Origin: Schmidtea polychroa
Lineage: Eukaryota
Length of the DNA stretch: 64,000 nucleotides
Direction: 5' to 3'
NCBI GenBank assembly: GCA_044892525.1
Contig: CM097888.1
Coordinates: 41,106,001-41,170,000 of the forward strand
Part shown: in pieces, positions 12,779 to 27,169 of the stretch
Layout of the letters: each line of letters opens with the position of its first letter
Numbering within the stretch: position 1 is the first letter of the stretch
Program-made: the position numbers and the translations under genes
Notes under the pieces: model-generated
What the model saw: only the letters and a program-made list of their open reading frames with translations
Told to the model about the DNA's origin: nothing
Databases searched by the model: none

Positions 12779-13010
12779 CTAGGCCCCAATGGGAAACTCC
12801 TGAATTCGACTTTTTACTTCTTTTTCAGTGTTTACTTTGTGGAGCCCAGACGCCTGGTCCTTGATCAGGGCTCGCTCTTCCAATAAGCTATCCCTACAAT
12901 GTTCTACGCGTAGGAGCTTTTTGCTGAGCTTTTTCATTTGGAGGGGGTAAACCAAGTACCTTTCAAATGCTCAATATTCCTCGATAGAGCTTCCTATATT
13001 ATTCTAAATA
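12779..13010 (-). pseudogene. Frameshifted homologue of 'ORF-X' (36065-36823)
   Basis: IEHLKGTWFTP/QMKKLSKKLLRVEHCRDSLLEERALIKDQASGLHKVNTEKEVKSRIQEFPIG aligns to IDLYEGMWFSPPQMKEERKKILRLEHCRGSLLEE...IKAQSEALHKVYTEAELTKRVREFPVL. Confidence 0.8.
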
Positions 13011-13639
13011 CGATCTCCGGACGATGAATGGGATGAATTAGGGAATAACCAAATCTGTTTTTCTGTCGATTGCTGATTTCAAAAATTCTAATGCTTTATA
13101 TTCCGCATACGGTCTGAATAATTGGTAATCGAGACAATTTACTTCCTTATGTTTCTAATTTTTTGAAAATAACTGAAGATAAACAATAATAAATATAACA
13201 GTTGCGATTTCTTCTATATTATCAATCACCAGAAAAATATGTGCATTATTCGAAGCTGACAGTACAATAGCTAAAAATAAGTCTCCCGAACAATTCGTCC
13301 AATTTTGACTATGCGGGTTTAAACATATCAACTAATTGGTGACTAAGTTTTTGCATAGTCGAAATGAACACACTGCACTACTTAACAGAGTAATTTTGTT
13401 TGATTGATTTAACATGACTATTAAGAATTTACGACAAGAATCAAACGAAAAAGATTTGAATTGCTTTGAAAATGACTTAATTCTTTTCGAGACTTTTTTA
13501 TAACTCTATTTACCATTCGACGCCGATTTTGAATAGTTAGCTGAGGTCACTATCCGGTGCGTCCAGATTCCGGATCGGGCTTCGGTTATTCCCCAGGATA
13601 ATCTAAGCTTTATTGGGACTTGCATTGAACTGGGATCTT

Positions 13640-15602
13640 CTATTGGTATTGCTCAGCGTAGATATTGATCCTATATTTGTTAGGTCTTGCTCTATAGTTT
13701 TCATCGAGTTGGAAATACTAGAGAATGCACAATACCATTAATTCTTAATACCGGCATTCGGTATTGATTTTCATCAATACAGGTATTATCGGTATAAACC
13801 AGTATAAACCGGTATTCAATAAAAAAATAGAAATTAAATATGCATTTTTATTATAACAACTTTAATACTACCAATAACCATACTTCATAATTATTTCTTT
13901 AGATTCAAAAACTACGTTTTTAAAAAAGATAACGTTTCCAAACTAGAGTCATTAAGCCTCGATCTTATTTTGGTACAGAATAATCCAGCCGCAGGGAACA
14001 CTCTCTCGGATTCTACACTAGTTGGTTGGATTGCATGATAAACAGATTCTAAATATTTTTTTTCTAAATATGATTTTGTTTCCGTAAAAAGTTCCAGTTC
14101 TGTCTTTTGTTGTATCTGCAGCTTGTTTATCATTAACTGACAAAGTTAGTTTTTCTTGAATCAATAAATGCAGTTTTTCTTTTATGGAACGTTACCAGGT
14201 TCACCATGATGCATTTCTTGAGCATCATCAACAATATCAATATCAGAGTCAACTTCATTGTTGACTGTATTTTTTTGAGAAAAGAAACGTTCCACCAGCT
14301 CTATTATAGTTTTTATCATAGTTGATTTTGTTGTTTTGTTGAAAATATTATAATCATCGGCATCTAAATCCAAATCATTTGGAGGGTTATGCAGGAACTC
14401 TACTACATCCGAATAAACTATTCGCCTTTCCTTCAAACGGTGAATTAAGGTGTTCTTGAGTTCGACAGCAAGTGCAGTCTCCTATTGTGATAATTCATCA
14501 TGCATAAACTTAAGGTCAACGTCAGCCTTCAATAAATTTTGATTCTCACTGCATATAGTTTCGACTGCAAGTTTTACTGGACGTAATACAGAAATAAGGT
14601 TGCCCAATAACTGTAACTCGCTTTGTGAAAAATTTATATCTACTGATATATCAATCAAGCTCTTTCGAATACAGTCACGAAGCTCAAAAAATCGTTTTAG
14701 CATATCAAACAAGCTGTTCCATCTTGTTTTTGCGTCTAGAACCAAACGATTTTTCTTGTTTAAACTGCATTACCACATGCTTTTGCAGGACATTAACATT
14801 TCTAGTCGGGGACTTTCGGAAGATATTCACCACTTTTCTTATTTTTTCAATTAACGGATGAATGTCAGTGGACAACTGCAATTCATCAATTTTTAAAGGA
14901 TCTTTAAGTGTTACAATTAAATTTTCATTGTATTTGTCGTCGTCGTCTTCGACTAAACCGACGTTATCTTCGTTTTCCGTAATACTGGGCAAACATTCTT
15001 CAGCGTTCACATTTGAAATATATTTCCTGTAGAGAAGAGCAATCACAGCCAGTTATATCACAACCAGTTTGTATATATATATATTATTTTTTTTTTCTTA
15101 TTTCCTGTATTTCTTAAATTGTTTTAAGTTTATATATTTATTAATTATAGTTTTTTATATTGTTGTTGGAATCATGGGGGGGGTTTAAACCCCCAGTAAC
15201 CCCCTGCGTACGCCACTGACAGGTATTATTCCGTATTCACATTATTTTACATGCGTTGTGTATGACTCATACACATGCTCATGCTCTGCCATTTATAATT
15301 GTTTCTGTAATATTGTACCATGAAAAACTGCGTTTATAACATTTTTTTTGAAATACCGCTATTTAAGTTTCAAAATACCGGTAATACCCTGGCCATTTCG
15401 GCCCAATAACGGTATTACCGGTTACGGTATAACTTGTATTGCATTCCCTAGGAAATACTCGATAATCCTGCCCGTCATCCAATATATCTCCGGGGCCCGT
15501 CCTCATGTCCTCATTAACTTTTTCAACGAGAATCGGTTCGATTACACAATCATTTAAATTGTCACTACTATAAACATTACAAATTGAGCATCTATATTGC
15601 AA
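13640..15602 (-). pseudogene. Relic homologue of the LTR element's ORF4, split by the hAT insertion (pieces 15451-15602 and 13640-13718)
   Basis: Removing the hAT gives NDCVIEPILVEKVNEDMRTGPGDILDD/GRIIEYFQLDENYRARPNKYRINIYAEQ, versus ORF4 NGCEIELVLSDKGNEDITLSTLGGVLDDRGRRIEEFELTHYYRTGSNKFRVNIYVEP (one frameshift). Confidence 0.75.
13719..15450 (-). mobile_element. Internally deleted/degenerate hAT (Ac-like) transposon
   Basis: TIR TAGAGAATGCACAATAC vs TAGGGAATGCAATAC. Perfect TSD GGAAATAC. Fragments carry KTRWNSLFDML and the dimerisation motif IQPTSVESERVFPAAG...RSRLND. Confidence 0.9.
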
Positions 15603-17121
15603 CTTTTATCTGCAATCAGTTATGGGTAAAACCACTCAACTAAAAAAATGGTACAAAAATATAATTCCTTTTATAGTAGAAATTTCCTGGGAATCGTTTA
15701 CACTGAACAATAATTGACTTCCAGATGGATTTCAAGTCAATATTACCATCCATTTACCATATATTTACCATCCATTAAAAACTAAATTCCCAAAAAAATT
15801 TATTTTCCGAATTCTCGAACAATCTAAATCAATATTCCAGCAATTCTCTGATTCCTGTAATCAAAACCATCCAAAAACTCAACTGAATTCGACAATTGTC
15901 CGCGTCTGTGTGCGCACACAAGTCAATCCAAAAAAAATTTCATAGTATATTTTCTGTTGAAAATTTAACTTCGTTTTTCTATTATTATTTTCTCGGCCCT
16001 TTAAACTAAAATGCTGAAGCTTTTATATAAAAATTAATTTATTTAAAAATACTATATGTAACCTATTGTCACTAGAGTTCTAAACTTAGTAATTCTCTGA
16101 TGATGTATTTTAAATTAAAATTGCAAAAATCTATTTTTTAAGGCTAAGAACTATATTTTTTTGATATTTTATTAAATATCATTTTGCCAAAAGATAAAAA
16201 ATTAATTCTATGCGACACAAATTTTTGGCTTTGCCATTGTGTTTATAACTACACCTTAAATTAAATAATGCTGAAATATTTTTCTCATACATTTTCCATC
16301 TTTTTTTGGTATTCAGGGTCCTGTAGTCTTTTTGATTTTATAAAATAAGGTCCTGTTCAGTCAATAGTTTGGGAAGGACACTGATATAAAGAATAATTTA
16401 ATATATATTTAGTTTATTTTTATTTAACTCCATTTTTTAAATATTTGTCTAAATAACTATTTATAAAAAAGTACGGTGGTTTTTTTCTAATACTTTATAA
16501 AATCTATTTTGTATAGATAACCTACAACTTTGTTAACTATTTAAGATTTTTCGGATTAATTTGATGATCAACAATAATAATAGTATAATTACACATTTTA
16601 TTATAATTTTTAAATAAGGGCTGTTCTAATTTTTCTAATTTTTTTTTATCATATTAAATATTTCTACTATAATTCAGATATCAATTTTTGTTCCAACGTT
16701 TCTTAACTAACATTAGACTTCTAGCAAAAAATTTGATTTATGAAGTTTTCGGTGTTGTGCGACGAATAGCGTGGGTAATATTAATGGTAATAATGATAAT
16801 TATGATGATAATATTAATAAGGATAATAAGGATAATAATAATATAAATAATGTTGATTATCTAAATAATGATAATGACATAGGCGCCCCGATATTCCGTA
16901 AATGGGGGGCAAAATGCAATGGATTTACCATTTGAGTATTTGGTCCGGGCACTTCTGACACCATTGTTGTAGTTTTGTCCTTCTTGATTGATGACGGATT
17001 TTCTTTAATTCTTTTAAAAACTTGTTCATGGTTTTTAATTCAAAAAAATAATATACATAAAAAACATCGAATATTTAAACAACTATCAAAAATATATGTA
17101 TAAAATAAAATAAAATAAAAT

Positions 17122-17172
<51 letters not shown>

Positions 17173-17736
17173 TTATTTTTATATAACTTATTTAAGTTTT
17201 TCTATAAGTTATTTTTCAAATGATTTCTGATTAAATCACTACAACAGTATTTTTGATAAATTTTTATTAGTATTACGGTAAATGAGTTCTTTGAAATCTA
17301 TTGATTGTTTCTGACTCCAAATGTTTTAATATAAATTAAAGAAATTCCATTTGGTTATTTATATTGCAATAATTTTTTCAATTTTTACAAATAAGCGCAA
17401 TATTTAGTGCAGTGATATTTAATAAATGTCTACCGCATTCTGTATGACTTAATATATGTCTTACCATTTTGTGAAATAAATAAACCAAATCCATTCTTAC
17501 ATAAGTTCTAAATATTTAGTATTTTTGTAATGGTATTTATTATACGTTATTTAAGTTGGTGTGGTGTTGGGTCGCATTGAGCAATTTATTGAAAAACCCG
17601 TTAAAGAAATCAAATTCGAATGTTTATTACAACAAAAAAAGTAATTGTTTTAAAAAAGTAAAGTTTCCACTATATGAAAATATAAACAATTCTTTTTTTA
17701 TATTGAAAACTCTTATTCAAATCTTAATTTTGATTT

Positions 17737-19450
17737 TTACAAGCTTTTCAAAAAGCATAGAACATTTAGCGTTTTTGCATTAAGCCTTTAATGAATTTTT
17801 GCTGAGAACTTCCCAGGGGCCGATAATGCTCTATCAGCTTCCACACTTGTTTTTTTAAAAGGCTGTTGTATATTACTTCCAACAATGGTCCACACCATGC
17901 CTCTTCATCACAAAATTTGATCTTTGATGGATTCACACAGTGTAGAAATATCTTTTTTAGAACCTTTCTGGGTTTAAAGAGCGACTGATTTTTTTTATCT
18001 AGCAGCATGTTTATTTTACGATTTCATTCGAGTCGAATTTCTGACTATTTCAATTGTTTCTTAGTCGGCCGAACTCAAATCGTTTTCAGGATTCACTTCA
18101 CTAATAATCCGCTTTGTTAGGAATGAAATTGATTTAATTATTCCCTTTGATATACAGAAGATGCTTTTATCTATTGTAGATTTTCTTCCATTATGTTAAT
18201 ATTGAAGTACATTATATAAAACTGTTCTTTGTTTATTAATTTGTATGGCTTGTTCTTTTTTAAATTGTTGCCACCTCTTCGTCCTCGTTTAGATTTTATA
18301 ACACAAAGGGTATTATGGCATCTGCAGATAGTAGGTTGGTGTCTGAACGGTATAAGGCATATATTGCTTATTTTATAGGTATTAAATTTCTTAAAATTTG
18401 TGATATCATATCCCATTCTGATTAATTTAAACTTGTTTCTGCTTTGAAGTCGGATATCGCTTTACACATTGAAGTTATTAGCAGATTAAATCTTTTCAGC
18501 ATTGTCATCATACTTCTCCATCCGGTCTCTGAATCGAGCAGAAGCTACAACTCTTTTTTCTGATCATTTTTAACGTGTTTCTGCAGTATATAATTTTTCA
18601 GAAATGACTTAAAAGATTTTAACAATTTTTCTAACTTTTTCAATAATTGTTCCCGGATTAAGGCCGTTTGTAATATCAAAAAATTCATTATCATATGGAT
18701 CTACCTGTAATCCATCATCGGCAGAATAGGAGATCAAACCTGAATCCGAATCTTGGTGATTGTTGTTACCTTATATTTCAACTTCAGATGTATCCAAATA
18801 TTTCTTTTTATGTTCAACATTGACTATAACAATTTAAATTGCTCCAATAATTCAATCTTCCACTAATACGAAACAACCCCAAATTACACACTTGTTGAGA
18901 TCCATGTATGTTTACGTTCATAAAACGCCTGTTTCTAACAGAAGTCCACTCGTTGAGGGTGACACTGAAAACGACTTTCTTCTTTAGTAACATACTTTCG
19001 GAGATAACGGTTTTTTTGAATTTGTTCAACGTAATTCATTACACGTTTTTGAATGTATGTCGCTGATTTCGGGATGTCATCTAATCCTCGCATACATATA
19101 CATACATATACTAGAAAAGACACGAAATGTGAGTTCACCTAAAACGTCCTTTCGAACTATTAGTGCCGACAAAGATTCATCTTTTTCATTAATGAAAACT
19201 TTGATTGTATTTTCTTTTTTAATTAAACCATCGACAAATTTTTCGTGTTGTCGAAACCACATTATGTTTACTGCAAAGATGTGTATACACAGGGGTTATA
19301 CACCCGCTTGCTATTTTTAACACTTGATCACATTGAATACATGTTTGGTCTTTCTTCGTAAAAAATATACCCACACTGAATTTGATTGGTTATTCTTCCA
19401 GCATTTACAAAGCTTCCATCTGGTTTATCTGTCATCTTTGAAGTAACAAA
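17737..19450 (-). mobile_element. Highly degenerate hAT transposase relic
   Basis: BED-finger-like CIQCDQV...HLCSKH, catalytic-region SVTLNEWTSVRNRRFMNVNIH and C-terminal TSVEADRALSAPG...RLNAKTLNVLCFLK, in broken frames. Confidence 0.7.
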
Positions 19451-22400
19451 AATACAATAAGTTTCCGAACATTTAATACAAAAAACTTACATTTTTTTGA
19501 CAACAAAAATTAACCAAATGATCGAGCTACGAATTTCAAATCAAAACACCTTTCGAATTAAGTAAAAACACATTGAAAAATTAATTTAAAATAAAAAATC
19601 GAATACAAAATATTAGTTGAAAATATTCAAAATTATTATTTGACATTTTAAAATTTAAATAAATGAACTATTAAGTGGAAATTTTATATTCCATAGCAAA
19701 ATGCTAATAATTTATAAACAAATAATAATTGTTAAGGCAACACTGCATGGAATAGTTTGTGAACTTATTTTTAAAGAAAAACGAAGCAAAATTTGGAATT
19801 TAATATGTTGATTTGTGAAATCAAAGAAAGTGGATGGAATTCCGTAATCCGAATTTCGATTCACTAATTGTGAGTATTTGTGCAAATTTAATGTTGCTAA
19901 CTTTTTTAGCACAACTTTTCTAGAAATAGATAATATAAATAATTCTATCTGAATTCCTGTAAAATTTTTTCGATTTAATTGTCTACAATTAGTCATCGGG
20001 TTACGAGAGTTCGCACTTACTATCGAAAAGATAATATTTTTGTGTATTAAATGCTCGAATTTTTATTTATAAGAGCATTCATAATTTGTACCCATAATGG
20101 CTGATTATGTATATCGTGCTATAAAAATTATAAAGGAGATTAAATTAGAAATAAAATTCGAAGTAATATGACAATATAGTAGAGGTAAAAATTGATGGAA
20201 TAGCACGTTATAGGACTTTTTTTTTCCAGTATCTTAAAAGATAAAGTCGGTAAGGCAGACCTGCACAACATACTATAAAGCTTCGAAAAAGCCAGAAGAA
20301 ATTTATATATTTAAAAAATAAATCTAATTTATCTATATCGCATATGATACCTATATCATATTCAATAATATTATAGGTTTTGCTGTCAAATAATTACTTT
20401 TGGCAAATTTTTTGTCAGTAATTGTTAAATAATCAATAACGAACTGCATTTATATATTTTGGGTTTTCAATTACTTTAAGTTGGTTCCCTCTGACTCCTC
20501 GTGTCCTTTAAATCAAAACAATAACGAACCAACGTATATTGAAATAATAAAATTTACAATCTTTTCTCACCACTTTATAATTAATAATCAAAGTTACGTT
20601 TGACCGATTCTCCGCTCGGCGTTGATGCTTTGTAAATAGATGATATTCACCTTTTATTTCTTTAGATTCTCTTGACCCACGTTTTCTTCTTTTCTGTTTG
20701 ATTTATTTCTTTTTCACCTTTTCGTATTCCTATTCTATATCTTCTTTACCCTAATCTCCTTAATTCGTTTTACCTATTATAACCCTAGCTGAGGCAAAAT
20801 GCCGATTTTTTCTGATTTTCCCTTTCCTTATATACTCCTCGAAATCGGGATGACAAATGGTTATTGAAGAGCCAATCTTTCACTTGACATTTGCTTCCAC
20901 GTATCTGCTTCGGCTGTCACCCATTATGGTCCAACGAATCCCGATAATTAATGGCCCTTCCGGCCTTTCTACACGCACTATCTTCTCCTTGCTCTTTTCC
21001 AATTAATCATGGTGTCAAGCTAATGGGTGCAAATCTTCCTTCTGTTTGCTTTTCTTCTTGTTTACCCAGCTCGGGTTTCCTTCATCTCTCGGGTTCTCCA
21101 TTGGCTCGGGTTTTCCATTAGCCAATTAATTAATTAACTGTTTTCATACATTTGAATGCTTTTCGACCCTTACTAACCATTTTCTGATAAATCCCTAAAC
21201 ATCATCTTGTTGACCATTAGCTACTCTATACCTATCCCGTTTTCCCCATTCGATTTCGATGATTTTACCATTTATTGATTTTTCTCGGATTTCCGGATTC
21301 TTGCCTTTCATAATTGCTTTTAGTATTTTCTAATACTGCTTCCATCACACTTTCCTTTACTATTGATTCTATGCATGATGCCTCTTTTATTTGTCTTTTT
21401 TCTTCACTTACTTTTTATTTAAATTATTAACCTAAAATTCATTTAAATTTATTTTAATTTACGGACCTCAACATATATATATATATATTGATGCAAATAA
21501 TGACTCAGAAACTTAAAATGTTGCAAAATATTACAAGCGACAAAACCTGGGACTAATTAATTTCCAGTAACTCCGTTTTATAGTTTCAAGATAAAGGCTT
21601 AGTGGGCATCCCGGAATTTGCGCGATCGAATGCAGTCCAGATGAATATTAATACCGTCATTAGTCCTATTAATGTACGATCACTATTTTTATTGTTACTA
21701 ATTATGCATTATTAATATAAATATATTTATTTTATTGGACATTTTAAACAAGTTTATTGATTTGAGATTCCCCATGTTACTAATTTTAGGAACCGTAACA
21801 CACATCCATCCAATGTTGCCACCGGAACAAATCAAATTTATTTTTAGTAGCATCTCCCCTCCCACATCAGTAACATATATCGTATTAAGAATATACTATT
21901 ACAAAATCAACATACACCTACCAACCATTGGCAATCACTGTACCAACGACTACCGGAGAATCCCGGTCCAAAGTGGCCGTAAGTGAGATCGAATGATATG
22001 ACGATCCCATTCCGTCAACAAACCAAAATGTCAAAGCCTAGAACCTAAAAACCTTGACATCCCCGAATACATTACAACCCTAACCTATATAACGATTCCA
22101 CCAATTGTTGGATTCAATAGTTTTCGAAATGAATGTATCTATGAAAACAAAATGCTGATACCAAGAATAATAAAAAGAGTAGATTCATTTGTACCTCGCT
22201 TTAAGAAATCAAATTTATTACAGCTTGATAAAAACTTTAATTATAATAAATTTACTATCAATCGACTAAAACCTTAATTAAAACAAGACAAAGAAAACCG
22301 TAACACTTTTTAATTTAAGACTCTAAGATATAACAAATTCACGATCAGCAACCGAAAAACCATTGTTCCCCGAGGAGATAGTTTATTTCCCGAAAATTAA

Positions 22401-24309
22401 TAAACTCTCAAATAGTATACGGGACCATTCCTAAGATTAGTGTTGCAGAGAAAACACCAGTACTGATAGAAGTTATGATCTCAAATTTATTGTCCGAATA
22501 AAATGAAAGGAAAGGCTGTTGAGAACCGAATTCATCCACACACAATAGGATTTTAAACCTCATAACGCTTTATCTGAAATTACAGCCGAAATTTTTTTAA
22601 CATAAAATAAGTTACCCATCCGACGAGATAGACGATGGTTGCGCCGCTTATAACAATCTCAACGAATGGAAAAGTTGAAAACTCATGTGTAAAACTCGGA
22701 ACTACTACTTTTCGACCAAGTGCGATTGGGTTAAGCGGCATTATAATGTTAAAATCTTCCTTTATCTAAAAAATGGTTATCTAAAATTCAATGTATTTAA
22801 AATTTAACATCATATAATTAAATAAAATGTGAAAAAATTAAATCAAATACAATATTTAAACAACCATTAAATTGAATTCGACAGTTCAAGTTGAATATGC
22901 TCTCATCAGACGTTGAACAAAATTCTTCTCTTCTATCAAAATCGTCATTCCTTACTTTGTCACAATAGTTGGTCTATTGAGGTGGAAACTTGTCTTGTGA
23001 ATAGCACGATGAAAATTCGCATTTCTAATTTCTAGTTCACGAGCACCAACTTTGATTGAGATATTGCTATTTTCGGTTAACATTTTTGGACGAACAGCCA
23101 GGTCTGTGACGGTCATGAATGCTGCCAGTCTTCTCAAACTTTGGGCTTTAGAAACTGGCTGCAAAATGATTTTTACCTTGACGTTGGACGTCTTCTGAAT
23201 TACTAAATTTGGCATGTAATTGGATTATTCCGATTCGGTCCTAAGTAATTTTAAATAAAAGCTAAGTAATTTATTGAACATAAATCTAAACAAAAAAGTA
23301 TCATTTGCTAAGTATTTAAATAAAAATATCTAAACAAAGTATTAAGAATTCATAATTGCTTTTTTTTATCCAATCAAAACTGCGTCTAACTGTTGTCTTT
23401 TCTTGTATAACTTGCTAATCCATTAACATGTCATCCTCAGATCCTGATGAGTTTTCATGTTGTGTCTCTACGAAATTCCCCATTGTCGTACAGATAATTA
23501 ATGTAATAGATCAATATAAAATTATATATTTATTTGGCAAACGGTCGCTAAATATACATGAGCAAGCTAGGAAAAATCCAGCTATACTTAGAAAGAAACA
23601 TGATGAGAAGGAAAATCCTGATTTGTTAACTTAATAGTTAAAAGTTTCTTCTGTTAATAAACTTAATAAAAATTTTAATTATAGATAAATGCTAAACTAA
23701 ATTTTATATTAGTTTTTCTTTTTACATATATATGAAGAATATATAAAGACGTAAATTTAATAGAATATGACAAATTACACAGAAACCATCTAGAATAAAT
23801 TCGAATTTCGTTCTTTAATCAAATTTTTTTTGTTCATATTTCAGTTTTATTCTTTATAAATATTCATAGAATTTCTAATTATATAAAAATTTAGTCAATG
23901 TTATTATTTTTTTGGATATATTTTAAAATATAATAATTTTTATAAAACAAGAAATTTTGGTAAATTTTTTATAATTCAAATTAATAATTTTAAAAATTTT
24001 GAATATCTTCGAAAAGTGTTTTTTGACAGCTATTTAATATTAAATATGACCTAATACGATTGAAATTATTAATATGGTATGACTATGTTATTATGTAATT
24101 AATTAATGATTAATTGTTGATTAATATAAATTATTATAAAATTATTATCATAATTTGAATCATATTCACACAACATATGTAATTCAAATAACATTCATAA
24201 ATTTTTATTATATATTTGATAAAGAACACTAATGTGAACAATGGCTTTGCATATCTTTAGAGAATTTGTGTAGATCTGGTTTTAATTTTAATCCGTCGTT
24301 GTTTTTAAT

Positions 24310-25290
24310 TTTGAGCATGACTTAAGCAAGTTCTCATTTGTAAGACGACTCCTCAATTTACTTTTGATGAAGTTCATACTGGAAAAGGTTTGTTCACATA
24401 TGTATGTAGAACCAAAAATAGAAAGAACTGCAAAAGCCAATTTTTTCAATTCACTATATGAGTCGGGAATACTATTCCAAGTGTTAAAAATTAATAAATC
24501 TTCATTCTGTAGATTCTTTAGAGCAGACCATTTATGCTAGGAAGCAAGTTCACATTTGTTTTTTTCTATATCTTCTAAATTAGCAGAAAGGCGATCAAAT
24601 TTCGAGCTCCATAATTCTTTGTTTTTCAAATCTAATAATTCCATTTGAAATTTGACAACATCAATATTGAATGGAGAAAAATTTCGTTTAGTTTCATCAG
24701 CATTAAGAGGCATTTTTACAAAAGCTGAAGTGGGTTTGCTGTTTCTGAATTCCTGAAATCTATTTAGAAAAGCTTCTCTCATATTCAAAAGAGTTCTTTT
24801 AAAATAGAAGATGTCAATATCATAGTTGCTTTTTTGCTGATGTTTTAAAAGGCTTGGAAAGTGAATCAAAGCTTTTTCTTCAAAATCATGCACAAAAAGA
24901 GATAGCTTATTTTCAAACAAAATAACTTCTAACATTGAAAAAACTGTATTTCCTTTGCCTTGCAAGTTGTGATTAAGCTGATTGAGATGAGATGTTACAT
25001 CTACCATAAAGTAAAACTTCTGTATCCACTGATCATTTGTTAATTCCAGATAGTTAGCATCCTTCTCGAATAGAAAAGTTTTTATTTTCGTTATTATGGA
25101 AGCGAAATGTTCAATACGTTTCCCCTTGACAACCAACGTACTCTATTATGTAACAAAAGATCACCATTTTCACTTTCCGTTTCCAGTAAAAATTCTTTGA
25201 ATGGACGATGGTTAAGGGCTCTGACCATAAAAAAATTATTGATTTTTGCGCACAAAGCGCTTCTTGCTATACAGTGGTAAGTAAGTATTT
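24310..25290 (-). mobile_element. hAT Charlie/SPIN-type (GTF2IRD2/ZBED5-like) transposase relic
   Basis: YFMVDVTSHLNQLNHNLQGKG and C-terminal LAFAVLSIFGSTYICEQTFSSMNFIKSKLRSRLTNE motifs. Confidence 0.8.
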
Positions 25291-26516
25291 CATTGTTAAT
25301 TTTCTTAGATGGGGGCTACTAATCTTAACACTATGACTCCAATGAAAAATAAGATGAAATATAAATATAAATGTATTTAATGTGGTTGCGCGTATTTTAT
25401 TTAATAAGTGAATCAAAAACCAACTTCCCTCTTTTTCAAAACTTTTATTAATAATTTACAATTTACATATTGTACAAGAGAATACAAGGTACGGATTTGT
25501 TTATCCCTGCTGTTTGTCTCAGTCTGCAAGAAATCGTTGGCTCCTGTGTAGCACAACGATCGCAACTCAAATACAAAAGAAATGGCTAAGTAAGATGAAT
25601 GATTTTGGGGCTCCCAGGAAACACGAAAGTAGCTTTCAGTACTTTGTGTTCGCTTAAATTAATTTCAACTAACACAAGAGTAGTAATTTATCCTTCAAAC
25701 AAAACCAACAATAAATATTTTTACCTCGACAAAATTAACAATGGCTTCCTTTTAACAATAATCAGATTTCTAATTTTTCTCCTGAAATTTTTTAACAATT
25801 CCCAATATTGTGCTTTCAATATATAGTTGAATGTGCACAGCTGTATTTAATCTTAAACCCTTTCTCCCATGCAAATAATACTTTTAATTAGCTCGACAGC
25901 TGTTTTATAATTTCTCTCTAGTAGATCAATTTTGTCTTTCAAATCCCAAGTACTTTGTACTTTCTAATCAATTTTCTATTTTCTGTCTGATTTTCAGTTT
26001 TGAATCTCAAGTTTTCGTTTCCAATTTTTGCGTCCTTGGTTCTGATTTTGATCCGTTATTTATATTAAATTATATTTGTTTATTATATTATTAGTAATAT
26101 TATAATTACTATTTATAGTATCACCATCATTAAATATTACGAACTATAACCTATTTCTATTTATAGTATTTAATTATATTTATATTTTATTTTAAGTAAT
26201 TGTTTATTAATTTTAATATACTATTTCTAAATTTATTAATTTTTATTGTTTTATTATTTTAAGCTCCAGACCTGTTCATAACAAGTCTTACCCTCTAAAG
26301 GATTTTCGTCTCGAAAACAAGATAAATAACCCTAAGAAATACTTTGACAAACAGCATTACATAAACTAATAAAAATGAATCAAATAAGAGAAGACCGTTT
26401 TAATATTATACACCAAAAATAAAGCAAATGTTTCAAATCACAAATAACTGGATAATCAAGTCAATTTATATACACAGTGAATTCGGTGACAACAGTTGAA
26501 AGGAAACATTCTCTGT

Positions 26517-26951
26517 TTAGATATCCAGATCATCGGGATCTGGTTCAGGGATCTTGTAAAGGTGCAATTCAGTTGTGCTGTAGCCGTTCGCAATAACGTA
26601 TTGTCGCTGCAGCTTCTTTTTCCGCTTCTGCAGGACTTCTGGCTTGAAACTCATTGCCAGAGCCTTACCATCCAAATCGCTCGTTAATATGACCGTAGAC
26701 ACTACGTAAGTGATTCAGTCTACGTCATATACGTCATACTTTTGGTTGTTGTTTATTGTCATTCTAGTGACTGGTAGGCAGTCATACTTTTTGGCTCTGG
26801 GTTTCCATTTACTGTCAGGACGTTTGCACCACATAGGCTCGAATCCATCTACATCAACCGATACTGGTTTCTTTATTATGTTCACCTTCGCAATCTTCAG
26901 CAACTTTTCGCGAACCACATGTTCCGATATTATCTTTATCGCTTCTTGCAA
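26517..26951 (-). pseudogene. Possible distant ORF4-like relic (one frame with an internal stop)
   Basis: ORFs 26715-26951 and 26517-26702 share a frame. The C-terminal YVIANGYSTTELHLYKIPEPDPD loosely resembles ORF4 HYYRTGSNKFRVNIYVEPRQPKPD. It lies just downstream of the exonuclease relic, the same order as in the intact element. Confidence 0.35.
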
Positions 26952-27169
26952 TTCCTTAACTGGAGGTTTAAGGCAACTTCCACGATGTCGTCACCTGGCT
27001 AGTTAAATATTTTCCTGGGTTTACTTTTATTTTCTTCCGCATTTTTGGATTTTACCTTTGATGTCTCTTCCGATGGTTTAACAACCTTTTTCAACTTTAC
27101 TTTTTTTAATGTTTAAAAAAAGGTCACGGATACCCAATAATCGCTGCACAGGTAGATTGGCTACCGAGA

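Noticed and set aside
15160-15218. MITE right end (...CCCCTGCGTACGCCACTG); similar lone ends near 16880 and 63370
   Set aside because: No matching partner terminus or TSD was found.
22240-22440. Integrase C-terminal motifs KFTINRLKP and YTGPF
   Set aside because: They appear in the wrong order and in stop-riddled frames, with no supporting core domain.
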